Assembly: GCA_038114465.1 (NCBI GenBank)
Contig: JAYNQW010000004.1
Coordinates: 25,528-89,527, forward strand
Source: Rhodospirillaceae bacterium
GTDB lineage: Bacteria > Pseudomonadota > Alphaproteobacteria > Rhodospirillales > CALINB01
Length of the DNA stretch: 64,000 bases
Reading direction: 5' to 3'
The number at the start of each line of letters is the position of its first letter. Position 1 is the first letter of the stretch. The notes under the pieces are model-generated. The model was not told where the DNA came from. It made no database searches and saw only the letters and a program-made list of their open reading frames with translations. The position numbers were made by a program, and so were the translations under genes. Below are positions 21,090-30,164 of this stretch, in pieces.

Positions 21090-21118
21090 ACAGGTTAAAG
21101 CTGACACCTCACCTGCAG

Positions 21119-21194
21119 GTCCCCTTCGTCTAGTGGCCTAGGACATCGCCCTCTCACGGCGAAAACAGGGGTTCGACTCCCCTAGGGGACGCCA
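21119..21194 (+). tRNA. tRNA-Glu (anticodon CUC)
   Basis: I folded a 76-nt cloverleaf by hand. The acceptor stem is GTCCCCT/AGGGGAC, the anticodon stem TCGCC/GGCGA, the anticodon loop CTCTCAC, the T-arm AGGGG-TTCGACT-CCCCT, and CCA is encoded. It closely resembles canonical bacterial tRNA-Glu. Confidence 0.92.
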
Positions 21195-21200
21195 TAATGT

Positions 21201-21236
21201 AAACACCAAAAACAACGCCGACGAAATACGTCGGCG
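21201..21236 (-). terminator. Rho-independent terminator (minus strand; may also act after the tRNA)
   Basis: A perfect 8-bp stem CGCCGACG/CGTCGGCG (21216-21223 / 21229-21236) with loop AAATA is followed on the minus strand by TTGTTTTTGGTGTTT. Confidence 0.7.
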
Positions 21237-21263
21237 CTGTCAATCTGGATAATCATTTAATAG

Positions 21264-21656
21264 TTACTTACCTGAAACCTTGTGCATGTTGGGGTCTGTT
21301 TTGTCGTTTGCCAAACAGCGAATGACATCGACCCGTTTTGCGACCAGCTTGATGTAATTGGCCAAGGCATCACCGGCAATTTTCACTTTTTTGCCTTTAT
21401 AGCGGACAAAAACCGAACTTTCCCGCTTATGGACGTCTTTTAGTTTATCGACCTGCTTCGACCATTTCTGAATGTACGGCAACCACTTGCCGTCATGCTT
21501 TCGGGTTACAAAGGCATCCACGGTTTAATGGCTTAAGCTGCCCCACCACGGCACTTTCGGAAACGAATCACAGGTTGAGGCCTGGGCGGAAGAGGCCGCC
21601 ATCAAGGCCAGAGCAAATATGATTCCGGTAAATTTAACCAAATTCTTTGTGCGCAT
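21264..21656 (-). pseudogene. Small secreted protein gene interrupted by an in-frame TAA (or two tiny adjacent ORFs)
   Basis: The ATG at 21656 has an AGGAG Shine-Dalgarno and a Sec signal peptide (MRTKNLVKFTGIIFALALMAASSAQA). A TAA stop lies at 21525-21527. The same frame reopens one codon later (GTG at 21521) for 85 more aa, with no Shine-Dalgarno of its own. Confidence 0.35.
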
Positions 21657-21982
21657 TTCTACACTCCTATCCTTCGGCTTCTCCGAAGATTGACGGTTAA
21701 TGAATCCCTGAAGAGTCATAAACCTGCGTACTTGTTTAGGTATGTTTGTAAGTACGTCTTATGGGAAAATAATTCATTAATGGCAGATGTACAGTAAGGG
21801 ATTTCCACAACATACAATATGTAGTATGACGTGACTTTCAGGCTTAGCCTCCCTGCCACACGGCGAGATATGAATTAAATTTTACAATGTTATCTTTATC
21901 GTTTTTGTATACCGCGCCGGCTGCAGGCATACTGAAAATCCTGTCATCAGCCGCATGACGCGGCCAACAAGATTGTTCAACC

Positions 21983-22801
21983 ATGGCGCTAGACAAACGA
22001 TTATTCGACGCCGCTGAGGAGCTCTACACACCGGGCATGGGCACGGAACATGTCGCACCGATGCTTTATTCTCTTGTGCGCATGACGCGCCCGCGGCGTG
22101 TGCTTGAAGTGGGACTCGGTTACACATCGCCCTTCCTCGCACAAGCGCTGCACGACAATCTCGCAGAAATCAGACACGATAAAAAAATTCTCTCCGGTAA
22201 GGACGAAAATTCGAAACGTAAGGCCGTCTTGGTGCCTGACTATTACGAAAAAGATTACGACCCGAGCTTGATCGCGATCGATGACATGTCGCTCAAGGGT
22301 TCAACGGCGCCCAAAGTTCAAGATATTCTGAAACGTCTCGAACTGGACACGTTAGTTGATGTGCATAACGGTGACTTCCGCGGATACAGCGATAAGTTCG
22401 AGCTTGACCAGCTTCCCCTCGATTTTGTTTGGTTTGATTGCGGCGGAGCCGACGAATACATTCAATTTCTGGAGGAATATTGGCCCCTCATCAATTGTGA
22501 ACACGGCATTCTGGTCCTGCACTTCACATATTGGTATGCTGATCTAAGCGAAGAAGAAGGAACACACGAGTTCGAACACTTCCTCGCACCCATTGCCAAT
22601 GACATTAAACGCCAACAAATGGCGGCCGGCCACGATGCGGAATTTGAAGTCCTAAGCCTGTTGGAGCCGCATAAAAGCCGGCAAGGTAGCGTGACGATGG
22701 TCCGCAAACTCAATGAATTTTCCATGAGCCGCGATGAAGACTTCCAAGATGCCATGAACAATTTGACCGATTGGCAAGCGCCGCCGATGCCAAAGCTTTA
22801 A
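21983..22801 (+). CDS. Class I SAM-dependent methyltransferase-like protein
   Basis: A motif-I-like segment (RRVLEVGLGYTSPFLAQAL) and an acidic motif (FVWFDCGG) are present. 272 aa. Confidence 0.55.
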   Translation: MALDKRLFDAAEELYTPGMGTEHVAPMLYSLVRMTRPRRVLEVGLGYTSPFLAQALHDNLAEIRHDKKILSGKDENSKRKAVLVPDYYEKDYDPSLIAIDDMSLKGSTAPKVQDILKRLELDTLVDVHNGDFRGYSDKFELDQLPLDFVWFDCGGADEYIQFLEEYWPLINCEHGILVLHFTYWYADLSEEEGTHEFEHFLAPIANDIKRQQMAAGHDAEFEVLSLLEPHKSRQGSVTMVRKLNEFSMSRDEDFQDAMNNLTDWQAPPMPKL

Positions 22802-22825
22802 ATTCCATAAAGCGCGGCAAAAATT

Positions 22826-24184
22826 GTGAGCAATACAATCTCTTCCTACTTATTTCTGCTGATCGCCGTCATGACCGTGCTGCATGCACTGTCACAACTG
22901 GCGGTCTTTAATCATATTGCCATTCTCGCAGTGATCATTTTCCTTGTATTGGAATACCACCGCACGCCGTTAACCCATAAAATCGTCGGCAGCATTTTGG
23001 TAATCGGCGGCGTCGGTACCGCGGCTTTCCACGGCACATTTTATGAAACCCTTTATGCCGGCTTCACGAGAACCCTGCCGTTTTTACTGTTATTCGCTTC
23101 GATTGCCTGGCTGCAGGTGCCGTCGTCGCAATCACCATCCTTGCTGGCTGTTCGTGAAGCAGTCATGCGCCAGCCGCCCGGTCGCCGGTTCGCCTCAGTC
23201 GTGACTGCATCACATTTTCTAGGGGTTTCGTTCAATCTGGCCGGGCTCGCCCTGTTGACTCCCATGGTCCGTAAAGGCGTGAGCCCCTCTTTACAGCGCC
23301 GGCTCGGCAGCGCCATGGCGCAAGGGTTCAGCGCCGGCACTTGCTGGTCACCGTTTTATGTGGGCACGGCATTTATCCTCACCGCCGTGCCGGGCGTTGA
23401 CTGGATCAACGTCGGCCTGCCCGGCTTTATGATTGCTTTGGCCCTGATGTTATGGAGCTGGCTGATCGACAGGCTGTTTTCGCGCCCGGCAGCACCCGAC
23501 ACACCGGCAGGTTTAACCGGCGAAACCAGCTTGCCGATCGCTGCTATATGGAAAACCTTTTTAATCCTGGCCGCCTTGTTTAGCGCCGTCATCGCAATGG
23601 TCGAAGGATTCGATTTATCGATCCCGATTTCACTCGCCATTGTTGCGCCCCTATTCGCCCTTTTATGGACATTGATCATTCACCGAGCCGGTGCGGGTTC
23701 CAGCATGACCGAAACGGCGAAAAACGTCCTCGCCGGTTACCCGGGATTACGCGGCGAAACATTATTATTTACCGGCGCGAATATTTTGGGAATTGCCATC
23801 GCCGCGCTGATCCCGCCATCAGTCGCGGAAAACTGGGCAGCCAGTATTTCGGCTTATCCATATTTAACACTCTTTATTTTGGTTGCCGGCTATGGCACCG
23901 CCAGCGCCATCGGCATTCATCCGGTCGTGTCCGTTGTTCTGGTCACGACAATCATCACTCCTGAAATGATCGGATTTCCGCCGGAAATTCTAGCCCTCGC
24001 CCTCATGGCCATGTGGGGACAAGGCACCAATACATCACCGTTTTCCGCGACAATCCTTTACATGTCCCGCGTAACCGGCGTCGACAGTTGGACCATCGCC
24101 TGGCGTTGGAATGCGCCATTTGTCGCTTCGGTTATGATGTTGATTTACGTTATCGTCATTGGACTAAACGAAGCGGGTCTCTAA
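22826..24184 (+). CDS. Polytopic integral membrane protein, putative permease
   Basis: 452-aa ORF with a GTG start and about 11-12 hydrophobic helices. No specific family was recognised. Confidence 0.6.
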   Translation: MSNTISSYLFLLIAVMTVLHALSQLAVFNHIAILAVIIFLVLEYHRTPLTHKIVGSILVIGGVGTAAFHGTFYETLYAGFTRTLPFLLLFASIAWLQVPSSQSPSLLAVREAVMRQPPGRRFASVVTASHFLGVSFNLAGLALLTPMVRKGVSPSLQRRLGSAMAQGFSAGTCWSPFYVGTAFILTAVPGVDWINVGLPGFMIALALMLWSWLIDRLFSRPAAPDTPAGLTGETSLPIAAIWKTFLILAALFSAVIAMVEGFDLSIPISLAIVAPLFALLWTLIIHRAGAGSSMTETAKNVLAGYPGLRGETLLFTGANILGIAIAALIPPSVAENWAASISAYPYLTLFILVAGYGTASAIGIHPVVSVVLVTTIITPEMIGFPPEILALALMAMWGQGTNTSPFSATILYMSRVTGVDSWTIAWRWNAPFVASVMMLIYVIVIGLNEAGL

Positions 24185-24204
24185 CGATAAGGCCTCAAAA
24201 ACAT

Positions 24205-25059
24205 TCACGAATAAAACGGTGCATCACCACCGATGGTGGTGCGGTGCATATGGCGGATGTAGGTGGGGTCATCAAGACGCGTGTGATCAGCAATATGGTG
24301 CGTGCACCGGTTGTCCCAAAACGTTAAATCACCAACTTGCCATTGATGGCGATAAACAAATTTTTCTTGCGCGGTATGTTCGAATAAGGCGGATAAAACA
24401 TCAGCCGACTCGTGCTCATCCATACCTTCGATGGCCAGTGTGTGCTGCGGATTAGCAAAAATACATTTTCGGCCTGTTTCCGGATGAATACGAATCAACG
24501 GATGAACGTTACCGGGCGTTCTTTCTTTTTGCTCTTCATTAAGCGGCCTTTTAAATGATCGGTCCGCATTACTGCGCCCGGCCAGGAAAAACCCGCGTTT
24601 TCCCTCGACGGCCTTTTTTAGATCCATCGGTAACGCCTCATAGGCCTTATACATATTGGCAAAACCGGTATTCCCACCCTGATCGGGAATTTCGATTCCG
24701 TAAAGCATCGAACCCAGTGCCGTTTCTTTTTTATAAGCCAGATCGGAATGCCACATCGGCCCACCATCCGGGACACCGATATAACGGCCATTTTCCTTGC
24801 GGGTCGAAACGATCAGGATATCCGGAAAGCCCGACACCACCGCATCGTCTGAAGGATGCCGATCAAGGGGCCCAAACCGTTTGGAAAACGCGACGTGCTG
24901 TTGGGGTGTGAGTTTTTGGCTGCGGAATACCAATACAAGATAATCCAAATGCGCCTGATGCACCCGCGCAAACGTCTCGTCACTCATGGGCTTAGCGACA
25001 TCAAGGCCGATAACTTCGGCGCCCAGCACGTCGGATAGGGGGCGGACTTCAAACGCCAT
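24205..25059 (-). CDS. TauD/TfdA family Fe(II)/2-oxoglutarate-dependent dioxygenase
   Basis: 284 aa with a family-typical N-terminus (PLSDVLGAEVIGLDVAKPMSDETF), the HxD facial triad (WHSDLAY) and a distal His region (WDNRCTHH). Confidence 0.85.
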   Translation of the reverse strand: MAFEVRPLSDVLGAEVIGLDVAKPMSDETFARVHQAHLDYLVLVFRSQKLTPQQHVAFSKRFGPLDRHPSDDAVVSGFPDILIVSTRKENGRYIGVPDGGPMWHSDLAYKKETALGSMLYGIEIPDQGGNTGFANMYKAYEALPMDLKKAVEGKRGFFLAGRSNADRSFKRPLNEEQKERTPGNVHPLIRIHPETGRKCIFANPQHTLAIEGMDEHESADVLSALFEHTAQEKFVYRHQWQVGDLTFWDNRCTHHIADHTRLDDPTYIRHMHRTTIGGDAPFYS

Positions 25060-25076
25060 GGCGATTAAACACGCCC

Positions 25077-25970
25077 TTACATCGTTTTAGTGGCACCGAC
25101 GGTAATCCGCCAAATCAACCGGCGCTCATCGGGCCATTTATAGTCGAATGTGGCTAAATGCTGTACGGCGCAATTGTCCCACATCAGGATGTCGCCAACC
25201 TGCCAGTGGTGACGGTAGCGAAACGGCTCTTGCGTGATGAGCTTTGCGTGTTCGTTAATAAGCGAAACGCCTTCCGCCGCATCCATGCCTTCCACGCCGA
25301 TACATTCACCGGGGCTGACATAAAGACACTTTCTCCCCGTCAAGGGGTGGACCCGCACGAACGGGTGGCGGACATTCGGCATCTTTTTACGCTTGTCATT
25401 GTCCTGGGTACCGGTGCCGGTTTTCGCCCGGCGTCCGAATACATCATGCACAACGATCAAGTCTTCCAATTGCTCTTTGGTTTTGTGAGGCAAAGAATCA
25501 TAGGCCGCCGCCGCACTGGCAAAGTTGGTATCGCCCCGGACAACACCATCGCGGACCGGCACCTCTAAAGCATATAAAACCGTTGCCCGTGGCGGACAGT
25601 CCATGAAGGACATATCCGTATGCCAAACCCGGCCCGCATCGGCATGACCGATGTCTTCGCCGTTTTCCTTGATGTTTGAAACCAGCAGGACTTCGTCATG
25701 ATCCGGGTGATGATAGTGGTCGAGAAAATTCTTTTCGACATTGCCAAAGCGTTTGGCAAAGGCAATGTATTGCTCGGCAGTGATTTCTTGACCCCGGATG
25801 CATAAAACCGAACGCTCGTTAAAAATCTCTTCAATTTTGGCGAATGTCTCGTCATCAAGTGGCTGCGATAAATCAACACCTGAAATCTCAGCGCCGATGA
25901 CCGCATCGGGATAGGAAATGTTCAGGCCGCTGATATGATTTTGAGGTTCAATCTGCGTTGTTTGAGGCAT
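25077..25970 (-). CDS. TauD/TfdA family Fe(II)/2-oxoglutarate-dependent dioxygenase (tandem paralog)
   Basis: 297 aa with WHTDMSF (HxD) and WDNCAVQH. It lies 17 nt upstream of its paralog on the same strand. Confidence 0.85.
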   Translation of the reverse strand: MPQTTQIEPQNHISGLNISYPDAVIGAEISGVDLSQPLDDETFAKIEEIFNERSVLCIRGQEITAEQYIAFAKRFGNVEKNFLDHYHHPDHDEVLLVSNIKENGEDIGHADAGRVWHTDMSFMDCPPRATVLYALEVPVRDGVVRGDTNFASAAAAYDSLPHKTKEQLEDLIVVHDVFGRRAKTGTGTQDNDKRKKMPNVRHPFVRVHPLTGRKCLYVSPGECIGVEGMDAAEGVSLINEHAKLITQEPFRYRHHWQVGDILMWDNCAVQHLATFDYKWPDERRLIWRITVGATKTM

Positions 25971-26034
25971 ACGGCTCGCTCCCTGAGTAGCTTCACAGAG
26001 GTAGAGTACACCGAAACACCGATCACAGCAAAAC

Positions 26035-27111
26035 CTAGGCTTTCAAGCGGGCCCGGTACGTGCGGAATACGACACTATAAAGGAATGGCATGAGCGGGAA
26101 AGCAACCGGTACGGCATGATAACTAACAATCGGCTCGTCGGTTTGGTTAACTAATGCATAACCGGCTTGATCGAGGAAGTATTCATAATCGTGGCTGGTG
26201 GTTTGATTTGAAATAATATCACTGCGCTTATCATCAACACCGCTTTGGAAATATCGCCCCGAAATCGGGTTCGGGCCGATCAATTCTGTCCCGACAAGCC
26301 ATTTAATACCGCGCTCCCGTGCCGTTTGATAAACATCTTGAAATTTTTTCGGCATCATTTCTGTAAAAGAGCGGACATGGCAAAGCATGACGGATTGCTC
26401 AGGCCTTTTTGGTTTAAGTCTTGCCATAAGACGATGGAAATCGCCGTCAATGTAAAGAAGATTATCAGCTTGAAAGGCCTTTCGGTTCATTTCAATAGCA
26501 AGGGTTTCTCTGTCATACCCAACCCATTGGGTATCGGGAAACTCCTTAGAGAGATTATAATCAGGGAACCCACAAAATGTGCCGAAATTAAACACGATTC
26601 CTAAAGAAGAATCTTCTTTTAATGTCGTTTTAATGCCCTCAATCAACGCACCGTTAATTTGACACCCAACGTTCGTGTACCGGCCACTGTTCTTAAAGCT
26701 TAAATAATAATGCCGCCAAGTGGACTCAATTTTTTCCTTATCATCCCAATAACTTTCGTTATGATTCGTTTCCAAACGATCATTTTGAAGCGCGATTGAT
26801 AAATCGTTTTCGGCCACTTCATACATGGCCAATGCATTAGGGCTCTCTTTAAGAATTTTCATCTTTAATTCTGCAAATGCGGCATTTGCCTCATCAGCTT
26901 GCCCCATAGCGAAAAGTACAGATGCTCTTTTTCCAAGCGTTAGAATATTTGCGCCGATTTTTTTATCGATGCCGTCATAACATTTCAAAGCATCAGAATA
27001 GCGTCCCGCCGCGATAAAACGACGGGCAAGGACATCCATCATTTCCGGGCTAAACAAAGACAATTGATCAAGATGACTCTGATCTTCCTGTGGATCATTA
27101 CGGCCATCCAT
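26035..27111 (-). CDS. Hypothetical protein, TPR-like N-terminus + possible degenerate methyltransferase fold
   Basis: The ORF lies in an AT-rich block. TPR-like helices are present (RRFIAAGRYSDALKCYDG...GQADEANAAFAELK). The C-terminal half has MTase-like strand patterns (IVFNFGTFCG, VGYDRETLAIEM), but this match is weak. The start could be 27111 or 27162. Confidence 0.45.
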   Translation of the reverse strand: MDGRNDPQEDQSHLDQLSLFSPEMMDVLARRFIAAGRYSDALKCYDGIDKKIGANILTLGKRASVLFAMGQADEANAAFAELKMKILKESPNALAMYEVAENDLSIALQNDRLETNHNESYWDDKEKIESTWRHYYLSFKNSGRYTNVGCQINGALIEGIKTTLKEDSSLGIVFNFGTFCGFPDYNLSKEFPDTQWVGYDRETLAIEMNRKAFQADNLLYIDGDFHRLMARLKPKRPEQSVMLCHVRSFTEMMPKKFQDVYQTARERGIKWLVGTELIGPNPISGRYFQSGVDDKRSDIISNQTTSHDYEYFLDQAGYALVNQTDEPIVSYHAVPVAFPLMPFLYSVVFRTYRARLKA

Positions 27112-27385
27112 AAAAATCTGCAGCGGCAAACAAAGCCGGGAACAAAGATGTGGTCGAACCATGACCGTTTCCCGATAGTTTCGTTCTTTTCGACAAAAAT
27201 CGTTCTAAAAAATAATTTGTATCAATTGAAATGCAGCCGCAAATAGAATGATACAACCAATACCGCTGGTCATCGGTCAATTCGTTTGCATTGGAAACGA
27301 TGGATGCCAATTCTGCATTGTTACCGTAATCGAGTTTAATACCCAGACAATCGATATGTATGCTACGGCGATTCTCTTCAGTCAT
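27098..27385 (-). CDS. Hypothetical 95-aa protein (may be the frameshifted N-terminus of the downstream gene)
   Basis: This ORF in the AT-rich block overlaps the next gene's start by 14 nt. No family was recognised. Confidence 0.3.
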   Translation of the reverse strand: MTEENRRSIHIDCLGIKLDYGNNAELASIVSNANELTDDQRYWLYHSICGCISIDTNYFLERFLSKRTKLSGNGHGSTTSLFPALFAAADFYGWP

Positions 27386-27607
27386 CGGTGCATCCTTGTT
27401 TCCCTATTCTGTCATCCGCGTTTCGATTCTTAAAAAGTCAAAATATCGCCCAAAAGTTAATAATGTTTTTGTGAGTTCCAATGTACCAAATACCAAGGGT
27501 CCGCGCCGTTCTACGAGGCAAAGCTTGTTTACTGACAATGATTTAGGTATCACGACGCGAAGCGGGACACATCTTGAGGGAGCGGCGGATACCGCCGTAT
27601 AGGTCTG

Positions 27608-28096
27608 ATGGCCGAGCAAAAAGATGACAAGGACGACGCAGAAGAAAAACAACCGTTTGAGGTCGTCGAATCCGAGCTTGATGAAAAAACCCACGCCGAG
27701 GTCCAACTTTTATATCGGGACTCTTCTGAAACGGTGCTTTTTGCTAAAAGCATGCAATGGAAAACGGTCGGTTCGACACTGGTCGTTTATATTATCCTCA
27801 TTGTCATTGCGAAATTCATATCCAAAGATCCGACCCTGATAACGTTTCTCAAGGGTGCGATGATCCTAAGCGCCATCGGCGCCATCTACACACTCTTCAT
27901 TTACCAGTTCTGGCAGCACGATAAGCTGAAGAAGCTAAAAACAGCCGGCGATCACTTCTCCAACTTGTTTAGAAATCTCCGGGACATCAAATCACGGAAA
28001 GAGTCAAACGTTCACCGCTATACGCTGCTGACGTTTATGGTCTGTATTTTGATGCTTGGCGGATTTATTACATTTCAAAGTCTTGCCCGAATTTAA
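27608..28096 (+). CDS. Hypothetical membrane protein with acidic N-terminus
   Basis: 162 aa with the N-terminus MAEQKDDKDDAEEKQPFEVVESELDEK followed by about 3 TM helices. It is divergent from the preceding orphan genes across an AT-rich spacer. Confidence 0.45.
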   Translation: MAEQKDDKDDAEEKQPFEVVESELDEKTHAEVQLLYRDSSETVLFAKSMQWKTVGSTLVVYIILIVIAKFISKDPTLITFLKGAMILSAIGAIYTLFIYQFWQHDKLKKLKTAGDHFSNLFRNLRDIKSRKESNVHRYTLLTFMVCILMLGGFITFQSLARI

Positions 28097-28308
28097 GCCT
28101 ATAACACCTCTTTTCTGAATGGTGATCCTCGCGTACATTATGACCCGAGGATTGCAATTCATCCGTAGCAACGACGGTATAAAGGGTTCCCGCACTGAAA
28201 CCTGTACGGCAAAAAAGTTGGATCGACGGCTTTAACCGGCTTATTCGCTTCCGCCTTATCATTCCCCTCAAACGCAGCCAGCATTCACCGGAATATACGG
28301 CACGCGGT

Positions 28309-28764
28309 GTGATGGTCGGTATGATTTGGGCGATGACGCCGACTGTCGGCATTCAAATGCCGCTGGTTTTCATCACCTGGCTGATCTCGAAAAAATTTTT
28401 TAATTGGGATTTTTCCGTCATTAACGGCATGGCCTGGACGTGGACGACAAACGTCTTCACCCTCATTCCGATTTATTACACTTTTTATATTACCGGCCAG
28501 ATGATGTTGGGCCGGCATGGCGATCTCACGGGTTACGATAGCTTCAACAAGCTGTGGGAAATGGCCTTCGATCCCAACATCGGCTTTTGGGATACCACAG
28601 TCATGTGGTTCGACACCCTCATCCGGGGCTGGGGTGTGCCGATGCTGGTCGGCTCGTTGCCTTGGGCTGCTTTTTCCGGCTGGCTCGCCTATGTTCTTAG
28701 CTTAAGATTTGTGATTAGCTACCGGCAGCGCCGTATGCAAAAATCAATGAATAAAACAAATTAA
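28309..28764 (+). CDS. DUF2062-like membrane protein (N-terminus uncertain)
   Basis: The TM-rich ORF begins ARGVMVGMIWAMTPTVGIQMP. The frame is open upstream to 28183 and encodes a family-like segment (RLIRFRLIIPLKRSQHSPEYTARG), but it has no ATG, GTG or TTG there. Confidence 0.6.
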   Translation: MMVGMIWAMTPTVGIQMPLVFITWLISKKFFNWDFSVINGMAWTWTTNVFTLIPIYYTFYITGQMMLGRHGDLTGYDSFNKLWEMAFDPNIGFWDTTVMWFDTLIRGWGVPMLVGSLPWAAFSGWLAYVLSLRFVISYRQRRMQKSMNKTN

Positions 28765-28780
28765 CCATAGGGAGGACATC

Positions 28781-30154
28781 ATGGCAAAAACAACTTACCG
28801 ATTAAGTGCGCCAACGAAACGGCTATCTGAATACATGGCCGGGGCGCGGCGAATGAAGCTGCCTGCCAATGTCGTCGAAAAAACCAAACATCATATCCTC
28901 GATACGTTGGCTGCGATCATCTCAGGATCGCGCTTGGTGCCCGGCGAACGGGCGATTAGCTTTATAAAGCCCCAAGGCGGCGCCAAGGAAGCCACAGTTA
29001 TCGGCACCAAACTCAAAACCAGTGCAATCAATGCAGCCCTTGCCAACGCCATCATGGCGCATGCCGATGAAACCGACGATTCCCATTTTTTATCTAACAT
29101 GCATCCGGGCAGCGTCATCGTGCCCGCCGCCTTGGCCATGTCTGAACGGCAGGGCTCGAACGGCCAAGCATTCCTGCGCTCCGTAACCTTGGGTTACGAT
29201 ATCGGCGCGCGCGTCAACATGGTCCTCAGCCCCGAAGCCATGCGCAAGCATGCATACGACTCCCACAGTTTCGGGGGCAACTTCGGCGGTGCTGCTGCCG
29301 CGGCCATGCATCTCAAACTGAACGCCCAACAGATGCGTCACGTACTTTCTTATGCCGCTCAGCAAACATCGGGCATGCGAACCTGGGGGCGCGACCCCGA
29401 ACACGTCGAGAAAGCCTTTGTCTTTTCCGGCATGGCGGCGCGCAACGGTGTCACCGCGGCCCTTATGATCGATGACGGCTTTACCGGTGTTGAGGACGTC
29501 TTCTCCGGCAACCCGAATTATTTCGATATTTATGTCGAAGCACCGAAGCGGCGCGAGTTGACGGCCCTCCTCGGCAAGCGCTTTGAGGTTATCCGCACCA
29601 ATATCAAGCGCTGGTCGGTCGGATCGCCGGCCCAAGCAGCCCTCGATGCGACCCAAGACCTGATCGATACCTACGGCTTTAAACCGAATGATATCGAAAA
29701 AATTGAAATTACCCTCACGGATCACGGCGCCAAGACGGTCGATAACCGGGACATGCCCGATATTTGCGCACAACACCTCGTCGCCATGATGTTCGTCGAC
29801 GGCACCGCAACGTTTGAGTCAACACACGATTATAAACGCATGTCGGATCCGAAGATTTTAGCGCTTCGCAAAAAAACCACGCTTAAAGGCAGCATGAAAC
29901 TCGAACACGCCACGCCGCCGCGCCAAGGTATCGTGTCGGTAACGCCAAAGGGCGGCAAAAAAGTCACATCACATACCAAGGCCGTTCGCGGCACGGCCGA
30001 CAACCCCATGACCCGCGACGAGGTTGAAACCAAGGCGTATGACCTAATCGCACCGATCTTGGGCAAGAAACGTTCGAAGAATCTTATCACCAAGATTTGG
30101 GGGCTCGAAAAGGTGAAAAACGTCCGCAAGCTGCGCGAACTGCTGACCGCTTAA
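28781..30154 (+). CDS. MmgE/PrpD family protein (2-methylcitrate dehydratase superfamily)
   Basis: 457 aa with a family-typical N-terminal helical domain (KHHILDTLAAIISGS..., AHADETDDSH, GGNFGGAAAAA). Confidence 0.8.
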   Translation: MAKTTYRLSAPTKRLSEYMAGARRMKLPANVVEKTKHHILDTLAAIISGSRLVPGERAISFIKPQGGAKEATVIGTKLKTSAINAALANAIMAHADETDDSHFLSNMHPGSVIVPAALAMSERQGSNGQAFLRSVTLGYDIGARVNMVLSPEAMRKHAYDSHSFGGNFGGAAAAAMHLKLNAQQMRHVLSYAAQQTSGMRTWGRDPEHVEKAFVFSGMAARNGVTAALMIDDGFTGVEDVFSGNPNYFDIYVEAPKRRELTALLGKRFEVIRTNIKRWSVGSPAQAALDATQDLIDTYGFKPNDIEKIEITLTDHGAKTVDNRDMPDICAQHLVAMMFVDGTATFESTHDYKRMSDPKILALRKKTTLKGSMKLEHATPPRQGIVSVTPKGGKKVTSHTKAVRGTADNPMTRDEVETKAYDLIAPILGKKRSKNLITKIWGLEKVKNVRKLRELLTA

Positions 30155-30164
30155 GGGCACGCCG

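Noticed and set aside
21195-28180. Calling the tRNA-flanked region a genomic island or integrative mobile element as a feature.
   Set aside because: No integrase, transposase, conjugation gene or attachment-site repeat could be found by eye. It is kept only as a hypothesis in the findings.
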